DNA of 64,000 nucleotides from a virus: the IMG/VR virus record IMGVR_UViG_3300031463_000004, positions 14,515 to 78,514 of that record; one strand, 5' to 3'. Below the pieces are notes generated by a model. The model did no database searches, was not told where the DNA came from, and saw only the letters and a program-made list of their open reading frames with translations. A program made the translations under genes and the position numbers. Of this stretch, positions 7,614 through 17,118 are shown piece after piece; the first letter of the stretch is position 1; each line of letters begins with the position of its first letter.

Positions 7614-10600
7614 TTTTCCTTCTCCTAGTGCGAATGGACTCACTCGTCTCTGTGACACCAGATTTTCCAGCTGCCGAAACAGGAGTAACAACAGTTCTAT
7701 TACCCCCCACACTCACACAAATCAAACGTTCCTGAAACAGTGATTGGATCTGATGGTCGTGAGAGATGACGTAGATGTGTGGGATATCTCTACCGAGAGA
7801 TAGGAGGAGTCTACTCACACAGATAGTTCCAGATCGGTCCAAACCGTCGAATATCTCGTCAACGAACAGAACATTACACTGTACCCCACAGACATCAGAG
7901 TACAATTTCCGATATGCAAGAAGGATGGCCAGGTCCATCCGCTTTTCTTGCCCTTTTGAGACGCGGTGGATACCATCGACTATTCCGGTATCAAACACAA
8001 CATTGAATGCGAGTTTCTCTTTATACCCACCAGATTTGTCTGGTTCGGCAAGGACTGATTGAATAGTGTATTTCCCATCAGATAGCGCTGAACAGTATTC
8101 ATATAAATACCTATTCAGGACATCCTGAACGTGTGCGTAAACATGTAGCCTAACGCCTTTCCCACTCTTGTACCCGAGAGCAGATAATAGGTTCTCTATG
8201 CCAGCAATTCGTGTCTTCAGTATTTCGACGTGTCGCTCTTGGGAGGTCCTATTAGTCCGTATCCCGTCCAGGTCGAGCTCCGCCTCTCGTATCTTCTCTG
8301 GATAGTTATTTTCCTGGACCACAGGTTCGTCTGGACGAGAGGATTTCGCTTGGTCGTAGATTCTCTGGAGACGCAAGACTTTATCCGACAATGTAACCAC
8401 CTCGCGTTCCAGTCGTTCTAGCTCATTCAGCTTATCCTCGTGTTTTCTCAATATGTCCTTAAGCCTTGTGATGGTCTCAACTGCAGAAGGGATCTCCGAA
8501 TCTACGCCGTCCATGTCTTCCTTGGCGGCATCTCGTGCAGACGTGTATTCCAAAAGTTTCTTGTTTATGTGATTTTCCGGGATGCGTTGCTCGCACTCCG
8601 GGCATTCTGCATCAGGAGACCGTGATACCCATTTTCCTACCATAGTAGCTAATCTGTTGTATTCTACCCGCTTTTCTGCGCGTACTTCTTTCAATTCGTA
8701 TAGAACTCTCTCCCACTCTTCAATGGCTTTCTTGGCGGTGTCGTACTCATCTTTCTCTGCCTCTATTTCTGACCTACACCGATCCCTCTCCTCCTCCGCA
8801 GTCCGAACCCTGGCCTGTTCAGATTGTATCTCGGACAACAGACTCGCTTGTCTCTCCTCGTATTTTGCAAGTTCTGACTCGTAGATGGATTTGGCGGTTT
8901 CAATCTTACGTTGAAAGTCAACATAGTCCTTCTTGTACTGTTCCACCTTGGCCTGGATGTCAGTCTCCCTGTAAGTAAGGATGCTAAGCATAGATTCGAC
9001 TGCGGTCAGCTTCTTAGCTTCTTCTGATAGAACTGAGACGCAGAAATCCTGCCACTGCTTCAGACGAGACATCCCAAGGATTTCATCTAAGATACTCCGC
9101 TGTTCAGCTTCTTCGAGCTCCAAATAATATCGGAGCTTCCTCCCCTGCTGCCCAAGCAAAACAAGGTGCTGCCACAGATTCTTTGGGACACGTAAGATTG
9201 TGTCCTGCAAATAGGATTCTACGTCCACTGGAGATTGTACGGCACCATCTACCCATACTGTCAGTTTGTGTGGTCTACAGCGTTCAATTTGGACGCGCTG
9301 CCCGCGTACAGACAGATCCAATCTCACGCGGCAGCTCTTAGCCCCATCACGGATAACGTCATCTGCGAGAACTCTTTTACTCCCACCTATGATCTCCCCG
9401 GTAAGAGCCCAGTAGATGGCCCTCAATATCCACGATTTCCCGGCTCCATTGGATCTCTCCACACCAGAATCAATCTCCTCAACAGAGAATTGGTCCTTCT
9501 CCGAGTCCACGACGACGCCCTGAATCAGGGTAAGAGGGGAGGCCTCAAGGTCAATGTAGGTGGAAACATGTGGACCAAAGTTCTCCATCGAAAGACTGTG
9601 GAACTCCAGAGATCCACTCGATACAGAGACGTCAGGGGAATCCGCAACGGCCTGGTCTAACACGCGGAGAGATTCTTCCAGGACCTCTTTTTTCTCTGTA
9701 TATTTTCTGAGATACTCCCGTAGGACCGAGACAAGGGAGAAAGACCCAAAGTCTCCATCCAGACTTATTGTGTCAGACTTCTTCTGTACTGGTTTAACCA
9801 CCAGACAACTAAAACCACCACCATACGCTCTTCTGGTGAACTCTTCACGAACCCTATCTGGCAACTCGAATGTAGACTTCACCCTTACAAAGTTTCCGTC
9901 AATTACAGAATCTATGGCTTCTAGTTCGTCTTCCCTTTGTATCACAAAATCATAATATTTAGGAACCCCTGGGACGTCTATCCTCTCTATTGTGTATTTA
10001 CCAGAGTTGCTGATATCCAAAATCAATGGCCCTTTGTCTTCCCACGATTCGCCAAAGGACGTGGGAAACATAGCGCCAATAACATAACTATTCTCATCCA
10101 ACTTCTGGTGTTTGTGGTGATGCCCGAACAGCCGAAGATCCATTACTGGAAAATCGGATAGTGGGATCCCCTCAAGCATCTCATAATCTTCTGGGCCAAC
10201 CTTGGCACCCAGTATCGGAGAGTGCGCCACAAGTACGTTCATATACCCGTCGTGTGGTTTCACATGAGATGGAGAGTACCCATACGGGAGGAAATGGAGG
10301 TTGACCCCGGGCACAATACAATTCCCCGGCCTTGAATAGACCCGAATCTTCTCTGAGTCGAATGGTTCAAGCACGCTTCTGCTAGCGTCCTTTACGGGCT
10401 GATCATGATTTCCAGACACAATATAGACTGGAGCATGAAAAGATGCAAGATGGCCGAATACCGTCAAATAGGTCAAGCTGTGGACCGTAGTCCTATCGTG
10501 GAACATATCCCCACCGAATATGACGGCGTCTACTCTTCTTGAGAGTTTTTTCATATTCTCAAGAAGGTTCTCGATCACGGTGAGTACGGAAGGACGTGCA

Positions 10601-10632
10601 TGCAAATCAGAACCTACAAGGAATCTAGGCAT
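7606..10632 (-). CDS. Single-chain SbcD-SbcC (Mre11-Rad50; gp47-gp46-like) nuclease/ATPase
   Basis: Phosphoesterase motifs SDLH, GDMFH, SGNHD, AHS, GHHH; then NGAGKS, Q-loop LGQ, coiled coil with CPEC hook, SKGQ signature, LFVDE, ISH. Confidence 0.92.
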   Translation of the reverse strand: MPRFLVGSDLHARPSVLTVIENLLENMKKLSRRVDAVIFGGDMFHDRTTVHSLTYLTVFGHLASFHAPVYIVSGNHDQPVKDASRSVLEPFDSEKIRVYSRPGNCIVPGVNLHFLPYGYSPSHVKPHDGYMNVLVAHSPILGAKVGPEDYEMLEGIPLSDFPVMDLRLFGHHHKHQKLDENSYVIGAMFPTSFGESWEDKGPLILDISNSGKYTIERIDVPGVPKYYDFVIQREDELEAIDSVIDGNFVRVKSTFELPDRVREEFTRRAYGGGFSCLVVKPVQKKSDTISLDGDFGSFSLVSVLREYLRKYTEKKEVLEESLRVLDQAVADSPDVSVSSGSLEFHSLSMENFGPHVSTYIDLEASPLTLIQGVVVDSEKDQFSVEEIDSGVERSNGAGKSWILRAIYWALTGEIIGGSKRVLADDVIRDGAKSCRVRLDLSVRGQRVQIERCRPHKLTVWVDGAVQSPVDVESYLQDTILRVPKNLWQHLVLLGQQGRKLRYYLELEEAEQRSILDEILGMSRLKQWQDFCVSVLSEEAKKLTAVESMLSILTYRETDIQAKVEQYKKDYVDFQRKIETAKSIYESELAKYEERQASLLSEIQSEQARVRTAEEERDRCRSEIEAEKDEYDTAKKAIEEWERVLYELKEVRAEKRVEYNRLATMVGKWVSRSPDAECPECEQRIPENHINKKLLEYTSARDAAKEDMDGVDSEIPSAVETITRLKDILRKHEDKLNELERLEREVVTLSDKVLRLQRIYDQAKSSRPDEPVVQENNYPEKIREAELDLDGIRTNRTSQERHVEILKTRIAGIENLLSALGYKSGKGVRLHVYAHVQDVLNRYLYEYCSALSDGKYTIQSVLAEPDKSGGYKEKLAFNVVFDTGIVDGIHRVSKGQEKRMDLAILLAYRKLYSDVCGVQCNVLFVDEIFDGLDRSGTICVSRLLLSLGRDIPHIYVISHDHQIQSLFQERLICVSVGGNRTVVTPVSAAGKSGVTETSESIRTRRRKNV

Positions 10633-10650
10633 CTGTGAGCCCCCGTACGA

Positions 10651-11592
10651 TCACATGTACTGAGAGAAGTGACTCCTGAAGAAACTCAAACCAATCGGAC
10701 GTAACACACTCGTCAACGCTTCGGGATTTCTAGACCCATCAAGGAGCTGATACCCTACTTTTCGCAATCTGATGAGATCCATATTTCTGGCCAAGATTTC
10801 CGGGTGTTCTCTGGCCCTGAGTAGCCGGCTCCCAACACGTTTGATGGCCCCAATGCTGTCCACAGATGCCGAGAGAAATTCCTGGGCATCTCGGTATCTG
10901 GAAACCACCTGGAATGCAGACGTCTTGCCTATCCCATCAAGTCCAGGTATTCTATCCGACGGGTCCCCACACAATGCCTTATAGAACACTATCCTGTCAC
11001 AAGGGTACCCGAGGATATCTGACGCTTCATCTGAATTTTTAACGGCAAGTCTCCTTTGAGGTGAGTACAGAATAAACTGGAACTCACTAAACATCTGCAA
11101 CAAATCAGAGTCATCACTCACAACTACACAAGTCCATCCAGGCATTCTCGAAACGTCTGACACAATTGAGTAGATTATGTCATCACCTTCTGATGGCCCT
11201 GGGTATCCGACCGCCGTTGCGATAGGAGTAGCCATCACAGCCCTTTCCAATATTCTGCACTCTTCCGAAACGGCTTGCCTATCAATATGCGTTTCTTCGT
11301 CTTGCTGAGGTATCTTATAGTCTGGGTACAGAGCCACCCTATCTGGGTTCCTTCCCGTATCCCAGCACATAATATACTGGTTCTCCAGAGGAGCCATGAA
11401 TCTGAATAACCCAAGAAGGAATCTAAGCGTGCCGTACACACCTGGAGTTTGGACTCCAGATTGAGAGAACCCAATGTGGTTACGAAAAACAATGTTGTTC
11501 CCATCCAATAGAATAATCGCTGGGGACCCAGACACAGAATTGGAGATACTGGACCCATGGATTGAGTCATTGCCCATATTGAGTAGACTCAT
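10651..11592 (-). CDS. 5'-3' exonuclease/flap endonuclease (PolI N-domain, T4 RNase H/T5 D15 type)
   Basis: LLDGNN, EGDDII, SDDSDLLQ, and H3TH ALCGDPSDRIPGLDGIGKTSA. Confidence 0.92.
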   Translation of the reverse strand: MSLLNMGNDSIHGSSISNSVSGSPAIILLDGNNIVFRNHIGFSQSGVQTPGVYGTLRFLLGLFRFMAPLENQYIMCWDTGRNPDRVALYPDYKIPQQDEETHIDRQAVSEECRILERAVMATPIATAVGYPGPSEGDDIIYSIVSDVSRMPGWTCVVVSDDSDLLQMFSEFQFILYSPQRRLAVKNSDEASDILGYPCDRIVFYKALCGDPSDRIPGLDGIGKTSAFQVVSRYRDAQEFLSASVDSIGAIKRVGSRLLRAREHPEILARNMDLIRLRKVGYQLLDGSRNPEALTSVLRPIGLSFFRSHFSQYM

Positions 11593-12296
11593 CCGACAAC
11601 CCCATATCCGTAGCGTATCCGAATCTCACAAGTCCTGTTCCTCAGCTCTGGAGGGGTTAGAACCGTTACGACGGACGACAGCCCAGAAGAATCCTGCTCT
11701 TGCTTAGCCATGTGTACACATACTGTCGAGCTCTGGGTTGCATAATTGTGTGCCAGGGCACCAACCATTCCGGATTCGGTATCTCTCACTTGGTTAACAA
11801 GTAGAATTGTCGTGTCGTAACGGATATGGGGTCTGATCTTCGCCAAGAACTCCTTTACGGGTTTCCATGTGACTCCCCGCACGGAATGAGACAGCGAAGT
11901 CAAGTCATCCACCACAAGTATAGAGTCTCTCGCTGAATCCAAGAGTTCCAGGACTGGAGATGACGCTTCTAGCAGACTGAGGGTGAGGATAACTGCATTC
12001 TTGCCATGGACCCTGTCGGAGAAGCCTGGGAGAGGATGCTCACCGGCGATTGTGAGTATTATCCCAAGATCTCCACCATTTTCGAGGTGGGAGATAACAG
12101 ACGAGGCACACAGTGAGGATTTCCCTGCGCCGGCGTCTCCCTGAATGTAGGAAACCTCGTGCCTGGGCCAGCCACCTCCAAGAATCTCGTCCAGGTCCAC
12201 ACACCCAGTACTAACAGGAAGTTTCCTATCCTGAAAATGTGACAGGCTCCCGCCACTGCACTGAAGCGGGAGCCAGTCTATCTTCACACTCTTCAC
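11589..12296 (-). CDS. Short RecA-superfamily ATPase (RadB-like paralog)
   Basis: VSTGCVDLDEILGGGWP, GDAGAGKS, LVVDDL, LLVNQVRD; lacks RecA N- and C-terminal domains. Confidence 0.82.
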   Translation of the reverse strand: MKSVKIDWLPLQCSGGSLSHFQDRKLPVSTGCVDLDEILGGGWPRHEVSYIQGDAGAGKSSLCASSVISHLENGGDLGIILTIAGEHPLPGFSDRVHGKNAVILTLSLLEASSPVLELLDSARDSILVVDDLTSLSHSVRGVTWKPVKEFLAKIRPHIRYDTTILLVNQVRDTESGMVGALAHNYATQSSTVCVHMAKQEQDSSGLSSVVTVLTPPELRNRTCEIRIRYGYGVVG

Positions 12297-12300
12297 TCAG

Positions 12301-12573
12301 TCACTCCACATCTCTCATATTCCGTAGAATATATGTGTTCTCTTCCAGCTGCTGCTCAATGGCCGCAGATAAAAGCGAATCGGCTTCTGCATACAGCTGT
12401 TCGTGACTGAGCCTACCAGGCGAGGCTTCAGTGACAGTCACTGATACAAGGCCTCCCACACTGCCGTTCCACGATTCCCCGTACTTTGACGTCCCTTTGT
12501 GCTGTTTTATCTCTTTTGAGATCGTGATAGACGTGAGAATATCCTGGTTCGGGTTTTCATTGAACTTACTCAT
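12301..12573 (-). CDS. Hypothetical protein
   Basis: 90-aa ORF with GGAG RBS. Confidence 0.65.
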   Translation of the reverse strand: MSKFNENPNQDILTSITISKEIKQHKGTSKYGESWNGSVGGLVSVTVTEASPGRLSHEQLYAEADSLLSAAIEQQLEENTYILRNMRDVE

Positions 12574-12586
12574 GACTCTCTCCTCG

Positions 12587-13669
12587 CTACTTCGACCGCG
12601 CTAGCCTTCTGCGATTTGCTTCCGCAAGCAGCTCGGCGGCAGTCTTTGGTTTCGAGGACGCCGCAGGCACCTGTTCTGTGGTGGCTTGTTGAACTGCACT
12701 CTGCTGAATTGGAGGCTTTTCGGCTACCTCAGCCTTGGGTGACGGTTCTGCGGACCTCTGACTCGGACTGGAATCGCACTCCTGGAAGTACGAGCAGTCC
12801 AAGCAAGGAGATCCATCCGAATTGTCCTTCAAACCTTTGTTATAGCACCTAGGTATTGCGTCTTTTGTGTCCATTTGCTGCGCCGAAGCCAATGTGGACA
12901 CAGAGGGGCTAGGAGAAGTGGCTACCTTCTGGGATTCGGAGGATTGTTTAGTATTCGAGCCGGGAAGAAAGTCCGTGACATCCAGACCTTTGAGGTAGTA
13001 GGCTAGCTCAGTTTTGGACGTGAGCTTCTCCCAGATGTCAACCACATCCGGGGGACGAAGTACACTCAGAACGTCAACTTTTCGCAGTTTGGAGAGATCC
13101 ACCGGAATGGGCGTGTCTTCCCTTTCCGGGGTAACCGAATCCAAGTCAAAGATCTCACGACCACGATACTTCGTTGCTCTTGCTGCAACACGGATACGGA
13201 AATTGTGGGCAGTAGGATCACCCCATTCCCTGTAATTCAGGTACGGGATGAAGCGACTAAACATGTCTTCCCTGAGTCTGAGAATAGTAGGGCCTACCCA
13301 CGAATCCGTAGATGGACTGTGGATGAGAGCCAACATGGCATACTTCGTCTTCCCAGTATTCATGTCGGCGAGGAGCCTGGAACCCTCCGGGTCTAGAGTC
13401 TCCGACCTACCGAGGGATTCCTGAATCGCGCAGAGGAGACAGAAATCCTCTCCGATGGTCCTCGCACACGTGCAGACTCCCAGGTCCCTACCAGGGTAGT
13501 TGTGCTCCGCATAGGACTGCCACAGCACGTCCTGGCTCCCAGGAATTTCGAGCAAACGAATCGTATACGTGCCTTCTTTGAACTTGAAAAAGACCCCAAC
13601 GCTGCGCTCCTCGTCTAACTGAGACGCACGCCTGAGAATTCTATCCAGCGTTGACCTGTCCAACGGCAT
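12587..13669 (-). CDS. gp32-like single-stranded DNA-binding protein
   Basis: FFKFKEGTYTIRLL, H..C...CxxC Zn site, location among recombination genes, low-complexity C-terminal linker. Confidence 0.75.
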   Translation of the reverse strand: MPLDRSTLDRILRRASQLDEERSVGVFFKFKEGTYTIRLLEIPGSQDVLWQSYAEHNYPGRDLGVCTCARTIGEDFCLLCAIQESLGRSETLDPEGSRLLADMNTGKTKYAMLALIHSPSTDSWVGPTILRLREDMFSRFIPYLNYREWGDPTAHNFRIRVAARATKYRGREIFDLDSVTPEREDTPIPVDLSKLRKVDVLSVLRPPDVVDIWEKLTSKTELAYYLKGLDVTDFLPGSNTKQSSESQKVATSPSPSVSTLASAQQMDTKDAIPRCYNKGLKDNSDGSPCLDCSYFQECDSSPSQRSAEPSPKAEVAEKPPIQQSAVQQATTEQVPAASSKPKTAAELLAEANRRRLARSK

Positions 13670-13687
13670 ATTTCACCTCCAAACGTG

Positions 13688-14266
13688 TCAGGACTTTGGA
13701 TGTACCCTCGCAATCACACGCGTCTTACGTTCCTTCGGCTCACTCTGGAGTTCCGACGGCGGAACTGGCGTCTCAATCACCACAGGAGACGGACCACCAA
13801 ATTCCCCAGCAGCTCTCATATTTGCGGAGAGAGTCTGTAGGACTCCTTGGAGCAATGCGTACCCCTCCTGGACGGTCTTCGCGTAACTGAGTTGTAGAGA
13901 GGCCTCCTCAAGTAGGTCACAGCTACTCATGTAGTCTGGGTGAGTCTTGACCTTCTCAGCGAGGGCGTTCTCTGTCCGCTTCCCGTCCTTAGATTCGTCC
14001 CAGTTCTCTCTGATTTGTGTTGATAGTACCATGTATATTTTGTCTCGTTGTGTCTTCAGATACTGTACATTCGCAGTAAGAGTATCTGCCACTGCGGCCC
14101 ACTTTGCCCATTTTGAAACCACAGAATACAAGCTCTCACTGACACGTGTCGGGGAGACCTGGAATTCCTTGTCCAGGTCTACCAGTACCTCCTCCGTGGT
14201 TCCATCGGCCTTTGGGTAACTGAGACTAATCTGAGTCGGGTTTTCAGATAACTTTATACTGACCAT
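13688..14266 (-). CDS. UvsY-like recombination mediator
   Basis: Helical protein with KRTENALAEKVKTHPDY...LQTLSANMRA pattern; adjacent to SSB. Confidence 0.7.
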   Translation of the reverse strand: MVSIKLSENPTQISLSYPKADGTTEEVLVDLDKEFQVSPTRVSESLYSVVSKWAKWAAVADTLTANVQYLKTQRDKIYMVLSTQIRENWDESKDGKRTENALAEKVKTHPDYMSSCDLLEEASLQLSYAKTVQEGYALLQGVLQTLSANMRAAGEFGGPSPVVIETPVPPSELQSEPKERKTRVIARVHPKS

Positions 14267-14330
14267 TGTGTCTCCTTTCTCCGAACATCTCCATTCCTTC
14301 TAACACACCGGAAGGATCGGACTCTCGTGA

Positions 14331-16997
14331 TTATTCTGTAACGCCATTGATATACTTATCTAAAGCTTCGGTAATGTCTGCCCCTTCTAATTTGCACATG
14401 GCCCAGTTCTCCCCGATGGACACATCAGCCACAAGTGGTACATCCTGTAACCATGGGTAGTCCGAACGGTCTTCCATGAATATTTTGACCGCAGCGGCGA
14501 CGTCATACAGCTCCTCCAATGGGCAATCGAGAAGTATGGCGTCATGGATTATGTTCCAAACCACACTCTTCAGACCAGACAAACGTAGCCAATTCAATAC
14601 TTTGTGCAAAGCAAAGAGCGTAATATCACTAGCAGGACTCTGTATTGTAAAGTTTACGGCCTGTCTCTCTGCTTCCGATACAACACTAGGATCCGGAGAA
14701 GCAATCTCTGGAAGATGCCTTGTCCTACCGAATACCGAACGAACGTACTTCTTACGCCGAACGTATTTCTTCACCGATTCAATATAGGCAGATACCCCAC
14801 TAAACTTTCTCAGGTACTGCTGAATATATTCCGCGGCTACCTCTCTGCTCACCCCAAGCTGTACAGAGAGACCAACATCTTGGATGCCGTACACGATTCC
14901 AAAGTTTACTCGTTTTGCATGGTCTCTCTGTGCTTTCGTGACACCGATCCGTATGATCACGTTTTTCTCGGGGTCATATTTATACTTTTCACGCACACTC
15001 TTTGGGACCGTATTTGGGGCCTCTAATAACGCCCGCCCTAACTCCTCTACGGTCGATGCACCTGCAGAATGGAGAACCATTTTTGGTTCAGATACTGGTT
15101 CATCAAACTCCGGTACATCGAAGATCTGAGACGCCGTTAGTCTGTGAATATCCCGCCCAGACTCACAACAATATGCGTTCCTCAGCAATTTATCCCCTGA
15201 GAGCTGAGCAAGAATACGCAACTCCATCTGTGATTCGTCAGCTTCAACGAGACACCCATGTGGAGCAAACCTACTAATGAAAAGAGTTCTCAACTCACTT
15301 TTCTTTGGAAAATTCTGAAGAGCTGGGTCGGAAGACGAGAGCCGACCAGTGACAGTCGTGAAGAGCCTGAACCCAGGGTGTAGAAAACCATTTGTGTCTG
15401 TATAGCTGACAATTTCTTTGAGGTATGTATCGCGTTCCTTAAGGATTCCTCTTAGCTCCAATACCAAACCCGCCAGCTCATTCTTACTGGATAAGCCAGA
15501 GAGGACCAATTTTGATGTAGACGGCTTCCCAGTCTTTTTGGATATCTTATCCGTCTTCTCACCCATGATGTCATACAGTAAGTATGACAATTGTGTACTG
15601 GATGCTGGGTTAAATCTTCCAATCTTACTTTGGTGCTCACTGAAATACTGTTCCTCAAACTTTTTCACACAATCGAGACTACGAATCTTTTCCTCCACTT
15701 CATGTACTTCCGTATCCATCTGCGCTTTCACACGTGATAGCCCACTCGTGTCTATTTTTACCCCAGAAAGCGTCAACTCCAAGAGAGGGAGACTGGACTT
15801 TAGGAGGATATCGTTATATACCCTCCCAGCCGTCTTATTCTGTCTAAACTCTTCTAGGAATGAATCTCTGAGGAGCAGGGATACCACACTATCCAGTGCA
15901 CAATACCAAGACAGCGTATCCCATTTCACGCGAGCGTAACTGATTACGCCGCCAGATTTGGCGTCTTTCAAACCTTGGGCCATCTCCTTGTCATACCCAG
16001 CCATACCAACCCGAGCAGCAAGGATATCTAGCCCATGAGTCCCAACCCTCTCATCGAGAGCATAATGCATCAGAAGAGTGTCATATTTGGCATTCTTGAC
16101 CTTGATTCCATAGAGAACCATTGGGTAGAGGGAATCCACTCCGAATGTATTGTGTCCGCCCTTCGGAACGTCAGATTCGAGAAGTTCCCGGAACAGCGGA
16201 ATGACTTCTGATTCCCATTGCTTCACTCCACTCCACACTTCTCCATCTCCGGGCATACCGTACGATATTGGAAATACATAAGCGGAATCTCTTTCATACG
16301 CCAAAGAACAACACAATATCCTGTTGTGTGTCCACGGATAGACCCCTGAGGTCTCCAGATCGAACTGGAAAGGAATGTTGTCCTTGGTCACCCTGCGAAC
16401 GAGATCCCGTACATCCTCGATGTTCCGTAATTTATGTACAACTACAGATTCGGGGCTCTTGAGAGTACCTGCCAAGATATCCAACCCCGTGGAGATGTCC
16501 ATTGCGAAATCTGAGGCGAGGGATGGATTGCGGAGAATCGCAGACGGATGGTATGTGACTAGGACTGTTCTGTCCACATCCCCTATACATACCTTCCGGG
16601 GCGATCCACGGAGCGACCGTAGAGTCCCGCTGACCCCAAGCAACGCTTTAGCGGCCTCTGACCCAAGAGCCACAATGAGCCGAGGATTCGTCTCTATGAT
16701 CTCCTGGTATAGGTAAGGCTTACACGCCACCAGCTGTTCTGGCGTCGGTCCCACATTATTCGGAGTATGGCACCTCACACAATTCGTGTAACGAACACGC
16801 CCTTGGTCTATCCCTGCCTCACTAACCATGGCGCGAAGGAGTTTTCCGGACCTTCCAACAAAAGGCTTACCAGCAATATCTTCCTCATTTCCAGGATCTC
16901 TCCCAACGAAGAGAATATCTGGATTGCCACTGCCATCACCCCAAATCCTGACTGTACGCGCAGTCTTGCACAAATTGCACCTGTCACACACACCCAT
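14331..16997 (-). CDS. Family A DNA polymerase with N-terminal family-4-like uracil-DNA glycosylase domain (SPO1-type)
   Basis: UDG: CDRCNL, FVGRDPG, PFVGRSG, NCVRC, ACKPYL, TYHPSAILR. Exo: DLETSG, GHN, YCALD. Pol: TGRLSS, DESQMELR, AKRVNFGIVYG, IHDA. Confidence 0.96.
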   Translation of the reverse strand: MGVCDRCNLCKTARTVRIWGDGSGNPDILFVGRDPGNEEDIAGKPFVGRSGKLLRAMVSEAGIDQGRVRYTNCVRCHTPNNVGPTPEQLVACKPYLYQEIIETNPRLIVALGSEAAKALLGVSGTLRSLRGSPRKVCIGDVDRTVLVTYHPSAILRNPSLASDFAMDISTGLDILAGTLKSPESVVVHKLRNIEDVRDLVRRVTKDNIPFQFDLETSGVYPWTHNRILCCSLAYERDSAYVFPISYGMPGDGEVWSGVKQWESEVIPLFRELLESDVPKGGHNTFGVDSLYPMVLYGIKVKNAKYDTLLMHYALDERVGTHGLDILAARVGMAGYDKEMAQGLKDAKSGGVISYARVKWDTLSWYCALDSVVSLLLRDSFLEEFRQNKTAGRVYNDILLKSSLPLLELTLSGVKIDTSGLSRVKAQMDTEVHEVEEKIRSLDCVKKFEEQYFSEHQSKIGRFNPASSTQLSYLLYDIMGEKTDKISKKTGKPSTSKLVLSGLSSKNELAGLVLELRGILKERDTYLKEIVSYTDTNGFLHPGFRLFTTVTGRLSSSDPALQNFPKKSELRTLFISRFAPHGCLVEADESQMELRILAQLSGDKLLRNAYCCESGRDIHRLTASQIFDVPEFDEPVSEPKMVLHSAGASTVEELGRALLEAPNTVPKSVREKYKYDPEKNVIIRIGVTKAQRDHAKRVNFGIVYGIQDVGLSVQLGVSREVAAEYIQQYLRKFSGVSAYIESVKKYVRRKKYVRSVFGRTRHLPEIASPDPSVVSEAERQAVNFTIQSPASDITLFALHKVLNWLRLSGLKSVVWNIIHDAILLDCPLEELYDVAAAVKIFMEDRSDYPWLQDVPLVADVSIGENWAMCKLEGADITEALDKYINGVTE

Positions 16998-17018
16998 TTA
17001 GCTACCCCCTGAATGGGT

Positions 17019-17074
17019 GGGGGCAGTACCGCGAGCTGGGGTGGGGGGGAATGGCGACTCGCGGTACTGCCCCC
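17019..17074. repeat. Perfect 17-bp inverted repeat with a 22-nt G/C-tract loop in the polymerase leader
   Basis: GGGGGCAGTACCGCGAG (17019-17035) and CTCGCGGTACTGCCCCC (17058-17074). Confidence 0.95.
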
Positions 17075-17102
17075 GGTGGACGGAGGGTCAGTCCGTTACC
17101 TG

Positions 17103-17113
17103 ATTATAACACA
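17103..17113 (-). promoter_or_regulatory. Extended -10 promoter candidate (TGTGnTATAAT) for the polymerase gene
   Basis: Minus strand TGTGTTATAAT in the intergenic region; no well-spaced -35. Confidence 0.6.
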
Positions 17114-17118
17114 TCCGA

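Noticed and set aside
7614-7712. N-terminal extension of RecA in the ORF track
   Set aside because: Overlaps the SbcDC 3' end; ATG 7613 has an RBS and gives a normal RecA length.
14943-15116. Intein in the polymerase
   Set aside because: Too short, with no N-terminal C/S or C-terminal HN signature.
17019-17074. Rho-independent terminator
   Set aside because: No U-tract on either strand and the loop is large; kept as a regulatory hairpin instead.
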